Source of the DNA: an uncultured Desulfobacterales bacterium
GTDB lineage: Bacteria; Desulfobacterota; Dissulfuribacteria; Dissulfuribacterales; S140-46
DNA length: 64,000 nt
Assembly (NCBI GenBank): GCA_964620365.1
Contig: CAZUIH010000001.1
Coordinates: 20,279-84,278, forward strand
Reading direction: 5' to 3'
Position numbers and translations under genes: made by a program. Shown here in pieces: positions 31,480 to 40,235 of this stretch (position 1 is its first letter; every line of letters begins with the position of its first letter). The notes beneath the pieces were generated by a model, which was not told the origin of the DNA, made no database searches, and saw nothing but the letters and a program-made list of their open reading frames with translations.

Positions 31480-33858
31480 ATGAAAAGCGGAGCAGGAGGC
31501 ATACGAAATTGGCGGCTCAGAACCAAGGTCTTGGCCATGGTTGTCATAGTGCTTTTAATTGCGCTGTCAGCCCAGGTCTATATCTATTTCCAGCAGCAGA
31601 GATTGCTCCAAAAGGAGGGGATATTATTACTTGAGGCCCAAGCCTCTGCACTCGCGGACAAAATGTCCTTGATGTTGAAAGACAGGACGAATGAACTGGA
31701 ATGGTTAGGAAACATAGAATCAGTCAGGAATGTCGTTACAACAGGAGAAAGCCAACAGAATGTAAACAAAATTCTCTCTCAACTTGTCAGAAAAACAGGA
31801 ATTTACCAATCTGTAATAATTACTGACCGTCATGGGCGTATAGCCGCTGGCAGTGACGCAAGGCTGGTGGGTAACAAAATCAAAAATGATGTCTGGTTTC
31901 AACCAGCCAGACTTGTTGAGACATATATCTATGGCCCTTTGTCATCCCCCGCTTCAACAGATAAAAGTGTCTTAAGCTTTGCCATAATTTCTCCCATCAG
32001 AAAAAATGAGGCCACAATAGGTACGGCCATCGGTTTTATACCGTTGGAGGATCTTAAGGGGCTATTGACCACGGCAAAAAAATTTGTGACAAAGATGGGA
32101 GGCGAGACCTACTTCACAGATAAATCAGGCAAGATCATTTTGCATTCTGACAACAATAGAGTTGGCGCGACCTCCATTATAAAAGGACAGTTGGACATTG
32201 CTTCTCCTGTGCAGGGAGTGATTTCTTTCAATAATCCAAGGGATGGTAAATCCACATTTGCAGCTTTACAAACAGTGCCAACTTCCGGACAGATAAATAG
32301 TTCCCAGTGGATTGCAGTGGTCCAGGGACCTAAGGCAGCTCTTTCTTCAGCACTTATTCCTTTACTCAGGCACCAGCTAGGGGCCAATGCCATTGTGTTT
32401 ATTTTCCTGCTGGCACTTGCTTACTTCTTGAATCGGGACGTTGTAAAACCAATTTCGGAAGCTGCCACTCTCCTGGGCAGGACGGCCAGAAACCTTGATC
32501 TGACGGAAAGATTGACAATAAGAAGCAATGATGAAGTAGGCCAGATGTCAGAAGCAGTTAACAAGTTCCTCAATACACTCCAGGACACCTTCAATGATGC
32601 TGTAAATGCCACATCCAGCTTTGCAAAATCTAGCCGGGACATCCATAGCGTAGCTCAAAAAATCGTGGAAAATGCCTCTGCTCAGGCCGAGAGGGCCCGC
32701 AATGTCGTACAACGTATATCGGTCATGGGCCAGACTGCCGCGGAGGTAGCCGCTCACGCTGAATCTTCAGCAAAACTGGCACGGGAAGCCGCCGATGTCA
32801 TAGCGGATATGTCCAACACCAGCGACAAGATCAATGAAATTTCCCAGCAGAACAAAGAAAGAGCGGAAGGGGCGGCTCAAACCGTAGTTGATATGGGTGT
32901 AACAGCCAAAGAGGTCCAATCAAGAGCTGTAGCCCAGTCGGAGGCTGCCAGCAAGACAGCGGAATCACTCCACAAAATGGCTGAACAATTGCAGGATATG
33001 GCCTCTAAGGCCCAGAATGCAGCAAAACAGGCACAACGGGCCATGGAAGATGCCCAGACGGGAAGCAAGGCCATGGCCATGACAGTTCAGGGTATGGAAG
33101 CCATTGCCCAAAGCTCGGATCAGGTAAAAGATATTGTAGACCTGATATCTGATATTGCAGAACAGACCAACCTCCTGGCTCTAAATGCGGCAATTGAGGC
33201 GGCGAGGGCAGGTGATCATGGAAGAGGTTTTGCAGTAGTTGCGGAAGAAATCAGAAAGCTTGCAGAAAGGACCAGTGAATCCACAAAAGAGATCGAAGCC
33301 CTTATTAAAGAGAGTACTGAAAACGTCCAAGAGGGAATGAAGCTCACCAAGCAGACCGCGGCTGCATTTGAAAACATAGTCGACACCATCGAAACCAGTG
33401 GTAAGGTTACCATTAATATTGCTGAGGTATCCTCCAAACAGGCTAAAGATACCCAGGGTCTTGTTTCTACAACTGATGAACTGAAAAATCTGGCCGGGAA
33501 TATCGTGGAGATGACAAATCAACAGGCAATTCGCCGTCAAAGGGCTGAAGAAGCAATCAAGCAGCTCATGAAACTCAGTGAAGAGATTACATCCGCTGCG
33601 AATTCAACCAGCCTTACCACCAAAACAGCCTCCGAGACGGTAGCTCATGTCGTTGAAAACTCTACGGAAATTACAAGCCGAACATCCAAGCAAAGAGAAC
33701 GGAGTGCCGCCCTTCAGGCACTCATGAACGAGATGGCAGAAGTAGCAGTACAAAACGCCCAAGGGGCCCAAGGGGCGCTGGCAGCCATGGAAGATCTTAT
33801 GGCAAAGGCCCATGAACTTGAACAAGAAATTAAAAGATTCAAGGTTTCAGCCATATAG
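31480..33858 (+). CDS. Methyl-accepting chemotaxis protein (Cache-like periplasmic sensor, HAMP, long signalling domain)
   Basis: Two TMs flank a sensor region of about 260 aa. Signalling hairpin tip [38 protein letters not shown]. No C-terminal NWETF-type pentapeptide. GGAGG RBS. Confidence 0.95.
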   Translation: MKSGAGGIRNWRLRTKVLAMVVIVLLIALSAQVYIYFQQQRLLQKEGILLLEAQASALADKMSLMLKDRTNELEWLGNIESVRNVVTTGESQQNVNKILSQLVRKTGIYQSVIITDRHGRIAAGSDARLVGNKIKNDVWFQPARLVETYIYGPLSSPASTDKSVLSFAIISPIRKNEATIGTAIGFIPLEDLKGLLTTAKKFVTKMGGETYFTDKSGKIILHSDNNRVGATSIIKGQLDIASPVQGVISFNNPRDGKSTFAALQTVPTSGQINSSQWIAVVQGPKAALSSALIPLLRHQLGANAIVFIFLLALAYFLNRDVVKPISEAATLLGRTARNLDLTERLTIRSNDEVGQMSEAVNKFLNTLQDTFNDAVNATSSFAKSSRDIHSVAQKIVENASAQAERARNVVQRISVMGQTAAEVAAHAESSAKLAREAADVIADMSNTSDKINEISQQNKERAEGAAQTVVDMGVTAKEVQSRAVAQSEAASKTAESLHKMAEQLQDMASKAQNAAKQAQRAMEDAQTGSKAMAMTVQGMEAIAQSSDQVKDIVDLISDIAEQTNLLALNAAIEAARAGDHGRGFAVVAEEIRKLAERTSESTKEIEALIKESTENVQEGMKLTKQTAAAFENIVDTIETSGKVTINIAEVSSKQAKDTQGLVSTTDELKNLAGNIVEMTNQQAIRRQRAEEAIKQLMKLSEEITSAANSTSLTTKTASETVAHVVENSTEITSRTSKQRERSAALQALMNEMAEVAVQNAQGAQGALAAMEDLMAKAHELEQEIKRFKVSAI

Positions 33859-33867
33859 ACAATTAAA

Positions 33868-33974
33868 CCCAAACTTTCATGCGGCCCGTACATCCGTGCC
33901 GCACCCCTAAGGCATGAAAATACAGCGCCGCAGTGTGTATTTTCACGGTAAATTATGCAGCTCGCAAGTTTGGG
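33868..33974. other. Nested inverted-repeat (three-way-junction-like) element in the mcp / ATPase convergent spacer
   Basis: Outer 9-bp repeat CCCAAACTT (33868-76) / AAGTTTGGG (33966-74). It encloses hairpins TGCGGC-N12-GCCGCA (33880-33903) and TGAAAATACA-N11-TGTATTTTCA (33915-33945). Confidence 0.3.
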
Positions 33975-33977
33975 ATT

Positions 33978-34011
33978 AAAAAAGGCGAGGCTATATGCCT
34001 CGCCCTTTTTT
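33978..34011. terminator. Bidirectional rho-independent terminator between mcp (+) and the ATPase gene (-)
   Basis: AAAAAA-GGCGAGGC-TATAT-GCCTCGCC-C-TTTTTT. A perfect 8-bp GC-rich stem has an A-run on one side and a T-run on the other, so it fits both strands. Confidence 0.7.
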
Positions 34012-34020
34012 AATCCTTGA

Positions 34021-36357
34021 TTATCTGACACAGGCAGCCCTTACCTGTTTTAGATCCGTGTCTCCCTGCAAGATCTTATGAATACCATCCTGTTTCAGTG
34101 TGAGCATCCCGGCTCCCATGGCATGCTTTTGTATCTCACTAACAGGACTCCTCTTTTGAATAAGATCTCTCATTGCATCATCACAGACCAACAATTCATG
34201 AATTGCAAGACGGCCCTTATAGCCTGTCCTATTGCAAAATTCGCATCCATTAGGCTTATACAAGGTCAGATTATTGTAAGCGTCAAGATCAAGGGGAATT
34301 GAGGGATGTGCACCATACTCGTAAAGAAGTAATTTTTTCTCCTCTTCATCAGGACTATACGCAACCTTACACTTGGGACACAGACGTTTTACAAGGCGTT
34401 GGGCCAAAACACCCAAAAGGGCATCGGCAAAATTAAACGGATCTATTCCCATGCCAAGCAGACGGGTTACTGTCTCTGGCGCAGAGTTCGTATGAAGTGT
34501 AGAAAACACAAGATGTCCAGTTAAAGATGCCTCTATGACTGTATGAGCCGTTTCTTCGTCTCTGGTTTCTCCAACCATTATTATATCAGGGTCCGCTCTC
34601 AAAAAGGCCCTCAACACCCTGGCAAAAGTCAGGCCTATGGAAGGCTTAACCTGTACCTGTCTCAATCCATCCTGGACTATTTCCACTGGATCTTCCGCTG
34701 TCCAAATCTTTTTTTCAGGCCTATTTATGTACCCCAAAGCAGCATGAAGAGTAGTGGTCTTTCCAGAACCTGTAGGTCCTACTACGAAGATAAGCCCATA
34801 AGGCATTTCTATAAGCTTTTTTAATCTTTCCAGATTGCGTTCCGACAGTCCTATCTTGTCCAAGGGCATTGCATCGGTCGCAGCAAGAATCCTGAGGACT
34901 ATATCTTCATTCCCCTCCGTTGTTGGCAGTGTTGCAACTCGAAGTTCTATAGTCCTTCCTCTCCTGGTTTTGAACTTTATCTTACCATCTTGAGGAAGCC
35001 GTTTCTCAGCAATATCCAGGTTTGCCATAATCTTGATCCTGGATATCAAGGCCCGTTTATAATTATACGGAATAGTCTGATACCGCATACAATCCCCATC
35101 AATTCTGAAACGGACCAGCGCGCCCCGCTTACCGGTCAAGGACTCAATATGAATATCCGACGCCTGACGTACGTACGCGTCTTCAATTATCTTGTTCGCC
35201 AGCTGTACTACTACACTGTCGACATCCGAGGTAAGGTCTTCTTCCTCGTCAACCTCTTCCTCCTCCTCAACCAACTCCAGCTGCTCGAAAACATCTACGT
35301 CGGACTCTCCAAGGGAATATTTTCCAAAAAAATAATCAATGAATTTATCAATATCTTCTTTTAGGGATACAACAAAATGGAACTCTCCAGCCTTTAATAC
35401 TCGACGGATGTTATCGATCTTGATAAGATCATGGGGATTATCCACGGCGACATGGAGGACATCGCCTTCTTCTTTTACCGGAACACATGTATTTGTCCTA
35501 AAAAAATGTTCTTTTATGCCATGTATGCAGGAAGGGGTTGAGCCTACCTCTAATTCATTAAACTCAACAAATGGACAGCGATAATATTCACTGAGAGACC
35601 TGCCCAGTGCCATTTTTTCCACGCCAAACTTTGAAAGCAAAATACTTTCTATAGATTTTCTGCTCTGCTTGGCTATTTCACGGGCTTGTTCCAGTTCTTC
35701 TTCTGTAATATGGCCTTCAATGATCAGATTATAAAATCTTCCATACTTTTGAGCCGTCTTGGTAAGATCATCGAGTCTTTGAGCAGCATTTCTAAACCCT
35801 CTGTCAATTTTTATAATCTGCTCCAGTGCCTCGATTGCTCGTGGAACAGCACCTGTCTTTTCGTGGGCGATCGCAAGCTGATAAAATATATTCAGCCGCA
35901 CCTCCTGGGAAACATTCGGATCTTTCAGGGCCTCTTCAAAGGCCTCTACTGCCTCAAAGGGCATATCAAGCCTAAGATAACACTCCCCAATCTTTGCATT
36001 GACTTCACCGACCCTGAAGCCTTTATCCAACAAAACCTTAAACTCATCTATGGCCTCAGAATGGAACCCGGCCTCCATGAGGCCAAGACAATTATTAAAT
36101 CTCTTTTCATTGGATTCTTCCTCTGACTCTTCGGCTGTCTGTGCCCCCAAGCCGATCTGCCTATCTACGCCCTCGATGCGTTTAAGGTTCTCTTCGATTT
36201 TGGCCTTTAATGGATGATCCTTTCCATTCAAATAGGCCAAAATCTCCTTGTATATTTGACAGGCCTCTTCATTTAATCCCTGATTAACATAAAGCTCCGC
36301 TTCTTGGAACTTGGCGTCTAGAGATATTTCGGAAACAACCTGCAGGTCAGACATCAT
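34021..36357 (-). CDS. PilB/GspE/MshE-family secretion-type ATPase with N-terminal TPR extension
   Basis: N-terminal TPR-like helices of about 220 aa. Then a T2SSE_N-like region (FYNLIIEGHITEEELEQAREIAKQ...). Then Walker A VGPTGSGKTTTL, Asp box/Walker B (ADPDIIMVGETRDEETA), His box (TGHLVFSTLHTN) and a tetracysteine CPKC...CEFC. Confidence 0.9.
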   Translation of the reverse strand: MMSDLQVVSEISLDAKFQEAELYVNQGLNEEACQIYKEILAYLNGKDHPLKAKIEENLKRIEGVDRQIGLGAQTAEESEEESNEKRFNNCLGLMEAGFHSEAIDEFKVLLDKGFRVGEVNAKIGECYLRLDMPFEAVEAFEEALKDPNVSQEVRLNIFYQLAIAHEKTGAVPRAIEALEQIIKIDRGFRNAAQRLDDLTKTAQKYGRFYNLIIEGHITEEELEQAREIAKQSRKSIESILLSKFGVEKMALGRSLSEYYRCPFVEFNELEVGSTPSCIHGIKEHFFRTNTCVPVKEEGDVLHVAVDNPHDLIKIDNIRRVLKAGEFHFVVSLKEDIDKFIDYFFGKYSLGESDVDVFEQLELVEEEEEVDEEEDLTSDVDSVVVQLANKIIEDAYVRQASDIHIESLTGKRGALVRFRIDGDCMRYQTIPYNYKRALISRIKIMANLDIAEKRLPQDGKIKFKTRRGRTIELRVATLPTTEGNEDIVLRILAATDAMPLDKIGLSERNLERLKKLIEMPYGLIFVVGPTGSGKTTTLHAALGYINRPEKKIWTAEDPVEIVQDGLRQVQVKPSIGLTFARVLRAFLRADPDIIMVGETRDEETAHTVIEASLTGHLVFSTLHTNSAPETVTRLLGMGIDPFNFADALLGVLAQRLVKRLCPKCKVAYSPDEEEKKLLLYEYGAHPSIPLDLDAYNNLTLYKPNGCEFCNRTGYKGRLAIHELLVCDDAMRDLIQKRSPVSEIQKHAMGAGMLTLKQDGIHKILQGDTDLKQVRAACVR

Positions 36358-37982
36358 CCATTACCTGTCAAACTCTCCAGAGTAGCCACCGGAATGGCTC
36401 CATTGCTACCCTTCAAAAACCCTTTCCATACATCCGAGTCTTTCCCAGGTTCCCAAGACCAATCATCAGGAATGGATACGGTCCTTGGCTGTTCATCCAC
36501 AAAAAGCACACATCCGCGATCTCCTGAATAAAGTACCAACATTGTAGACTCAGAGTTATTTTCATTAAAGATTGATGAGGGTTCAGGACTCGAAATTACT
36601 GGCAGTTCAAGCCCTTTCAATTCTTCTTCTGTAAGACCAGACAACTCTCCAACAAATAAGGGTCTTAATTTTGACCATGGCCATTTCTTTAATTTTTTCA
36701 AAGGGAACGTCGACTTTCCTTTAAACTCACTAAGATTCAACCTAGTGGTACCGATAAATCCTATCTCCTCAGGCAAAAAACCAACTTCCCTGCCCTCCCA
36801 TCGGGCCAACGCAAGCTCTTTCCAGGGACTTTTCTGTTCAGTCTTTTCCGGAATATCTCCTTCCGCCTCAAAAAATCTGGTATACACCGGTGGAGTAAAT
36901 GACTTCCCCCCCAAAACATCTAACAAGACCCCTTTTTGCTCCTCCAGTCTAGTCCTCAGGCCGACATGAAATCGATACAGTTTTTCCAGTCCCCTGGTCT
37001 TTTTCAAAAGCGATTCCACTGGCCGGAGATTTTCAATACAATCATCAAGAACCGCTACATGAAAATTCACCGCAGAAATAAGGGACTCTGCGATCTTCTC
37101 TCCAGGCCCTGATTGTTCCGTTTTCGCATCTTCCTCGAAAGGTGTGTCGCTGACAGCCTCAACCACTTCTTTAGGTTCCACGATCCCTTGTGAAGAGACC
37201 TCCTCCAACTCAACAGAAGCGGGCTCAACATCCTTTACTTCGTCAGGTTGCAGTTCAAGCTCCATGTCCAGATATTCAGAAGCCAAACTTTCCTGCTGAT
37301 CTCCTGCTTCCTCTTCGGATAGATAAGAAGCGGTTTTTTCTAACTGCTGAAGGCCCTCTAATTCCACAATCGCATCTTCGAGAGATTGTTTCTTGCCAAT
37401 CAACACCCCATTTTCACCGCTCTGAAGACCTATTACTGCCTCTACAACCTTCTGCAAAACCTTTGGCGCAGTGGTAGGGACGGATTCCGGATCTTCGGCC
37501 AGTTTAGACAAGGTCTTCCTCATCAGACTCAATACCTTGTCTCCATCAACCCCTTCTATCAGCTTGAATTCAGACGCGACTCCTTCCAAGAGGTCCTTTG
37601 CAGCATGTATATTGTCCCTGTTGACCTCCCATTCTAGGGTTAAAAGCGCCTGGTAGAGCTGATTAAATCTATGGATTCTATTTTCCTCTGTTTCGTTTAC
37701 CTGCTTAACCTCTTCTTCATCAAAATCCAGATCCAAGTCCAGTTCGAGGTCTCCACCAGGAGATACATCTGGCTTTGGAGTAGTCTCTGACGTATCCTGA
37801 TCCCCTTCACCAAAATCCAGGCCTAAGGGTGCCTCCACTTCTTCAGTTTGAGACAGTTCCTTTATTTCATTTGTCAAGGGATCAATCTCAATCTGTTTTG
37901 CAGGAGCAAACAAATCTTCTATTGTATCTTCAATCTCTTTTGTAAACTGTTCAGGATCAGGCTGGTTGTTGGTCTGCTCCAT
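36354..37982 (-). CDS. Hypothetical highly acidic protein; the C-terminal roughly 170 aa may be a divergent CheW-like domain
   Basis: 542-aa ORF with a good RBS (AAGGAGAG). Translationally coupled to the downstream ATPase gene by a 4-nt overlap. The N-terminal two-thirds is D/E-rich and low complexity. The C-terminus (ELALARWEGREVGFLPEEIGFI...MLVLYSGDRGCVLFVDEQPRTVSIP...WKGFLKGSNGAIPVATLESL) recalls the CheW/P5 pattern. No confident family assignment. Confidence 0.7.
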   Translation of the reverse strand: MEQTNNQPDPEQFTKEIEDTIEDLFAPAKQIEIDPLTNEIKELSQTEEVEAPLGLDFGEGDQDTSETTPKPDVSPGGDLELDLDLDFDEEEVKQVNETEENRIHRFNQLYQALLTLEWEVNRDNIHAAKDLLEGVASEFKLIEGVDGDKVLSLMRKTLSKLAEDPESVPTTAPKVLQKVVEAVIGLQSGENGVLIGKKQSLEDAIVELEGLQQLEKTASYLSEEEAGDQQESLASEYLDMELELQPDEVKDVEPASVELEEVSSQGIVEPKEVVEAVSDTPFEEDAKTEQSGPGEKIAESLISAVNFHVAVLDDCIENLRPVESLLKKTRGLEKLYRFHVGLRTRLEEQKGVLLDVLGGKSFTPPVYTRFFEAEGDIPEKTEQKSPWKELALARWEGREVGFLPEEIGFIGTTRLNLSEFKGKSTFPLKKLKKWPWSKLRPLFVGELSGLTEEELKGLELPVISSPEPSSIFNENNSESTMLVLYSGDRGCVLFVDEQPRTVSIPDDWSWEPGKDSDVWKGFLKGSNGAIPVATLESLTGNG

Positions 37983-38040
37983 AACAACTCTCTCCTTGAG
38001 ATTTTTTTACGCTAAAACCATGGGTGCCGATTTTGCCACC

Positions 38041-38673
38041 CTACATGCTTCCTGCCTTTCGACTCGGCATCAAATGCTTCGATGCCACGTGTCTGACAGT
38101 CCTCTTGCTTATCTCCTTTAAGGTCTCAAAAACGCCAATTCCCTTGATTGCTGCTGCTCCAAAGGCCTTGGTCCTGAGTTCTTTGTTAAGATCAGCCTCC
38201 AACTCTTCTATGGTAAGGGTTGGAATGGAGGTCTGGACCAAATCTCGTTTATTATATTGCAGGACAATTGGTATTTCGTGTAGCGAGATATTGTAATCCA
38301 AGAGATTACGCCTAAGATCTTCCAGACTCTCAATATTTTTGGCCTGCCTTACCTTCAACGAATCCGCTACGAATACTAGACCATCCACCCCTTTTAAAAC
38401 CAACTTTCTGGTTGCTTCATAAATCGCCTGTCCTGGTACCGTGTATAACTGAATCCTTATGTCAAATCCGCTGACTTTTCCCAGACTTAATGGAAGAAGA
38501 TCAAAAAAAAGGGTACGGTCTCCCTTTGTTTCTATAGTGAGCATCTTGCCCCGGGCGGCATTGCCCATGGCATTATATATGTAGAGAAGGTTAGTTGTCT
38601 TTCCACATCTACCTGGACCATAGTAGACGATCTTACAGTGAATTTCCTTTTTACTCAGATCAATTAGGGCCAT
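38041..38673 (-). CDS. mglA: Ras-like small GTPase MglA
   Basis: Near-colinear with Myxococcus MglA from memory: KIVYYGPGRCGKTTNL, DRTLFFDLLPLSLG, LYTVPGQ (Thr replaces the G3 Asp, an MglA hallmark), LKGVDGLVFVADS and QYNKRDL. Confidence 0.93.
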   Translation of the reverse strand: MALIDLSKKEIHCKIVYYGPGRCGKTTNLLYIYNAMGNAARGKMLTIETKGDRTLFFDLLPLSLGKVSGFDIRIQLYTVPGQAIYEATRKLVLKGVDGLVFVADSLKVRQAKNIESLEDLRRNLLDYNISLHEIPIVLQYNKRDLVQTSIPTLTIEELEADLNKELRTKAFGAAAIKGIGVFETLKEISKRTVRHVASKHLMPSRKAGSM

Positions 38674-38675
38674 AT

Positions 38676-39077
38676 CTACGCTTCTATGCCAAAGGTTTCC
38701 GCTATTGTCTTCGCCAGTTGGGCCACTCGCAGTCTTACAAGCCCAAGAGATACATCATCGCCAAAAATGGTTACGAGTATAAAATGCTCTCCAATCCTGG
38801 AAAAATGAATGCTGTCCTTCTTTCCTTTATGAAACAGGAGAGAAAAATCATCTTCTCCTATGAGTCTTGCTATCTGAGATGTAGCTCCAAAATTTGCTGC
38901 TGCCAATGCTGCCAATGAGGTGGCATCCACCCTGCCTTGGTCTTTGCCACAATTTGCCACTATGTTGCCAGCCTCATCAATCAAGAGCACCATATGAACT
39001 CCTGCACTTATCAGGATCTCCTCAATCTGATTCTTAGTCTTTTCAAGCACTGAGGCACTTAGCACTAAATCCGCCAT
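38676..39077 (-). CDS. mglB: Roadblock/LC7-domain protein MglB (MglA GAP)
   Basis: Roadblock fold sequence resembling MglB (VLLIDEAGNIV, TSLAALAAANFGA, LIGEDDF, SLGLVRLRV). Lies 2 nt upstream of mglA. AAGGAG RBS. Confidence 0.9.
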   Translation of the reverse strand: MADLVLSASVLEKTKNQIEEILISAGVHMVLLIDEAGNIVANCGKDQGRVDATSLAALAAANFGATSQIARLIGEDDFSLLFHKGKKDSIHFSRIGEHFILVTIFGDDVSLGLVRLRVAQLAKTIAETFGIEA

Positions 39078-39222
39078 CCTTGTAACTCCTTAAAATAGGC
39101 TTTTATTAGCAAAACGACCTGTCATGTCGCAACAAGAATAAGATCCTGCCTGCATAATCCTATATCGACTCTTTCAAAAAAAATATTAAAGAATGTTTAA
39201 AAAGAAAAAGTAGCTAGTATCT

Positions 39223-39249
39223 TAAGTTTTTGGGTATGATGGTCGATAA
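39223..39249 (+). promoter_or_regulatory. Sigma-28-type promoter candidate upstream of the HDOD-cheB-like-cheY-cheA operon
   Basis: TAAGTTTT-N11-GTCGATAA. The -10 element matches GCCGATAA 7/8. The -35 element matches 6/8, or 7/8 with a 12-nt spacer. About 130 nt upstream of the HDOD ATG. Confidence 0.35.
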
Positions 39250-39378
39250 TGCAGGAAGAAGTAATTGTATGGACGCTTTTATCCCATGGTGAATCACCAA
39301 GATATACTTAAGGCCCATATAGAAATGCATTTTAAACCGGGATATTAACCAACGTATCTAAGGAAAACTCAAAGAAAT

Positions 39379-40227
39379 ATGCCTGTTTCAATCGCCCAGC
39401 GACTTGACAACATAGAAGACCTTCCCACGATTCCTCACACTCTGCATCAGGTATTAACCAGTCTTGACAAGGTTTCATCCTCGGCTCAAACCCTTGAAGC
39501 TATAATAAGGGAAGATCCAGTACTTACAGCCAAGATACTCAAGATGGCCAATTCTCCCTATTATGGACTGCCAGGGGAGATATCCAGCATTGCCAGGGCG
39601 GTAGTAATCCTTGGCTTTGAAGAGGTAAAAAATTTGGTCATAGGTCTGTCACTTACTGGCGCCTTCACAGGAAACCTGGGTATAAAGGAATTTGACTCAA
39701 AAGGCATCTGGTTACACTCGGTAGCCGTTGCCATAACATCAAAGATTCTTGCTGACTCAGTCTCGGAAGTTGACCCAGATGAACTTTTTACCGCCGGACT
39801 TATCCACGACATCGGCCGCCTACTAATGTGCCTCTACTTCCCCAAGGAGCTTAGAGAGATACTGGATCTCCAACAGAGAGAAAACATACCTCTTGCAGTA
39901 GCTGAAGAGCGTTACGGTCTTACACATGGTGAAATCGGGGCATATCTTACCCAAAAATGGCAGCTCAGTGACATGCTGGTCAATGTGGTAAGGTATCATC
40001 ATCATCCCCAGGGTGCAGGCCCCTATATAAAGGCCGCCTCAATAATATTTCTTGCAGATGAAATATGCCACAAATTGAAAATAGGTTGGAGCTTCGATTA
40101 CGGGGAAAAAAAGATTCTGGTACCCAAGTCCTTGGGACTTAACGCAGAAACCATAAAAAAAGTAGCGCAGCGAATCAAAAAGGAAAAAGAAAAAATCGAA
40201 GCCGGCTGGCTAGAAATGATAAAATAG
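39379..40227 (+). CDS. HDOD domain protein
   Basis: HDOD-like sequence (LPTIPHTLHQVL, DPVLTAKILKMANSPYYG, AVVILGFEEVKNL, GLIHDIGRLL, HGEIGAYL). Confidence 0.9.
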   Translation: MPVSIAQRLDNIEDLPTIPHTLHQVLTSLDKVSSSAQTLEAIIREDPVLTAKILKMANSPYYGLPGEISSIARAVVILGFEEVKNLVIGLSLTGAFTGNLGIKEFDSKGIWLHSVAVAITSKILADSVSEVDPDELFTAGLIHDIGRLLMCLYFPKELREILDLQQRENIPLAVAEERYGLTHGEIGAYLTQKWQLSDMLVNVVRYHHHPQGAGPYIKAASIIFLADEICHKLKIGWSFDYGEKKILVPKSLGLNAETIKKVAQRIKKEKEKIEAGWLEMIK

Positions 40228-40235
40228 AATCCCCA

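Noticed and set aside
33911-33960. Shared motif pair GGCATGAAAAT ... CGGTAAATT in two spacers of the che locus (33911-33954 and 44471-44517), considered as a repeated regulatory element.
   Set aside because: An 11-mer plus a 9-mer with spacing that differs by 3 nt could arise by chance in 64 kb. The predicted local structures of the two copies differ. A genome-wide motif search would be needed before claiming a repeat family.
39078-39378. Looked for a sigma-54 or sigma-28 motif on the minus strand driving the mglB operon.
   Set aside because: I found only a loose sigma-70-like TTGCGA-N18-TAATAA. No GG-N10-GC or CGATAA element has proper spacing, which is too weak to report as a feature.
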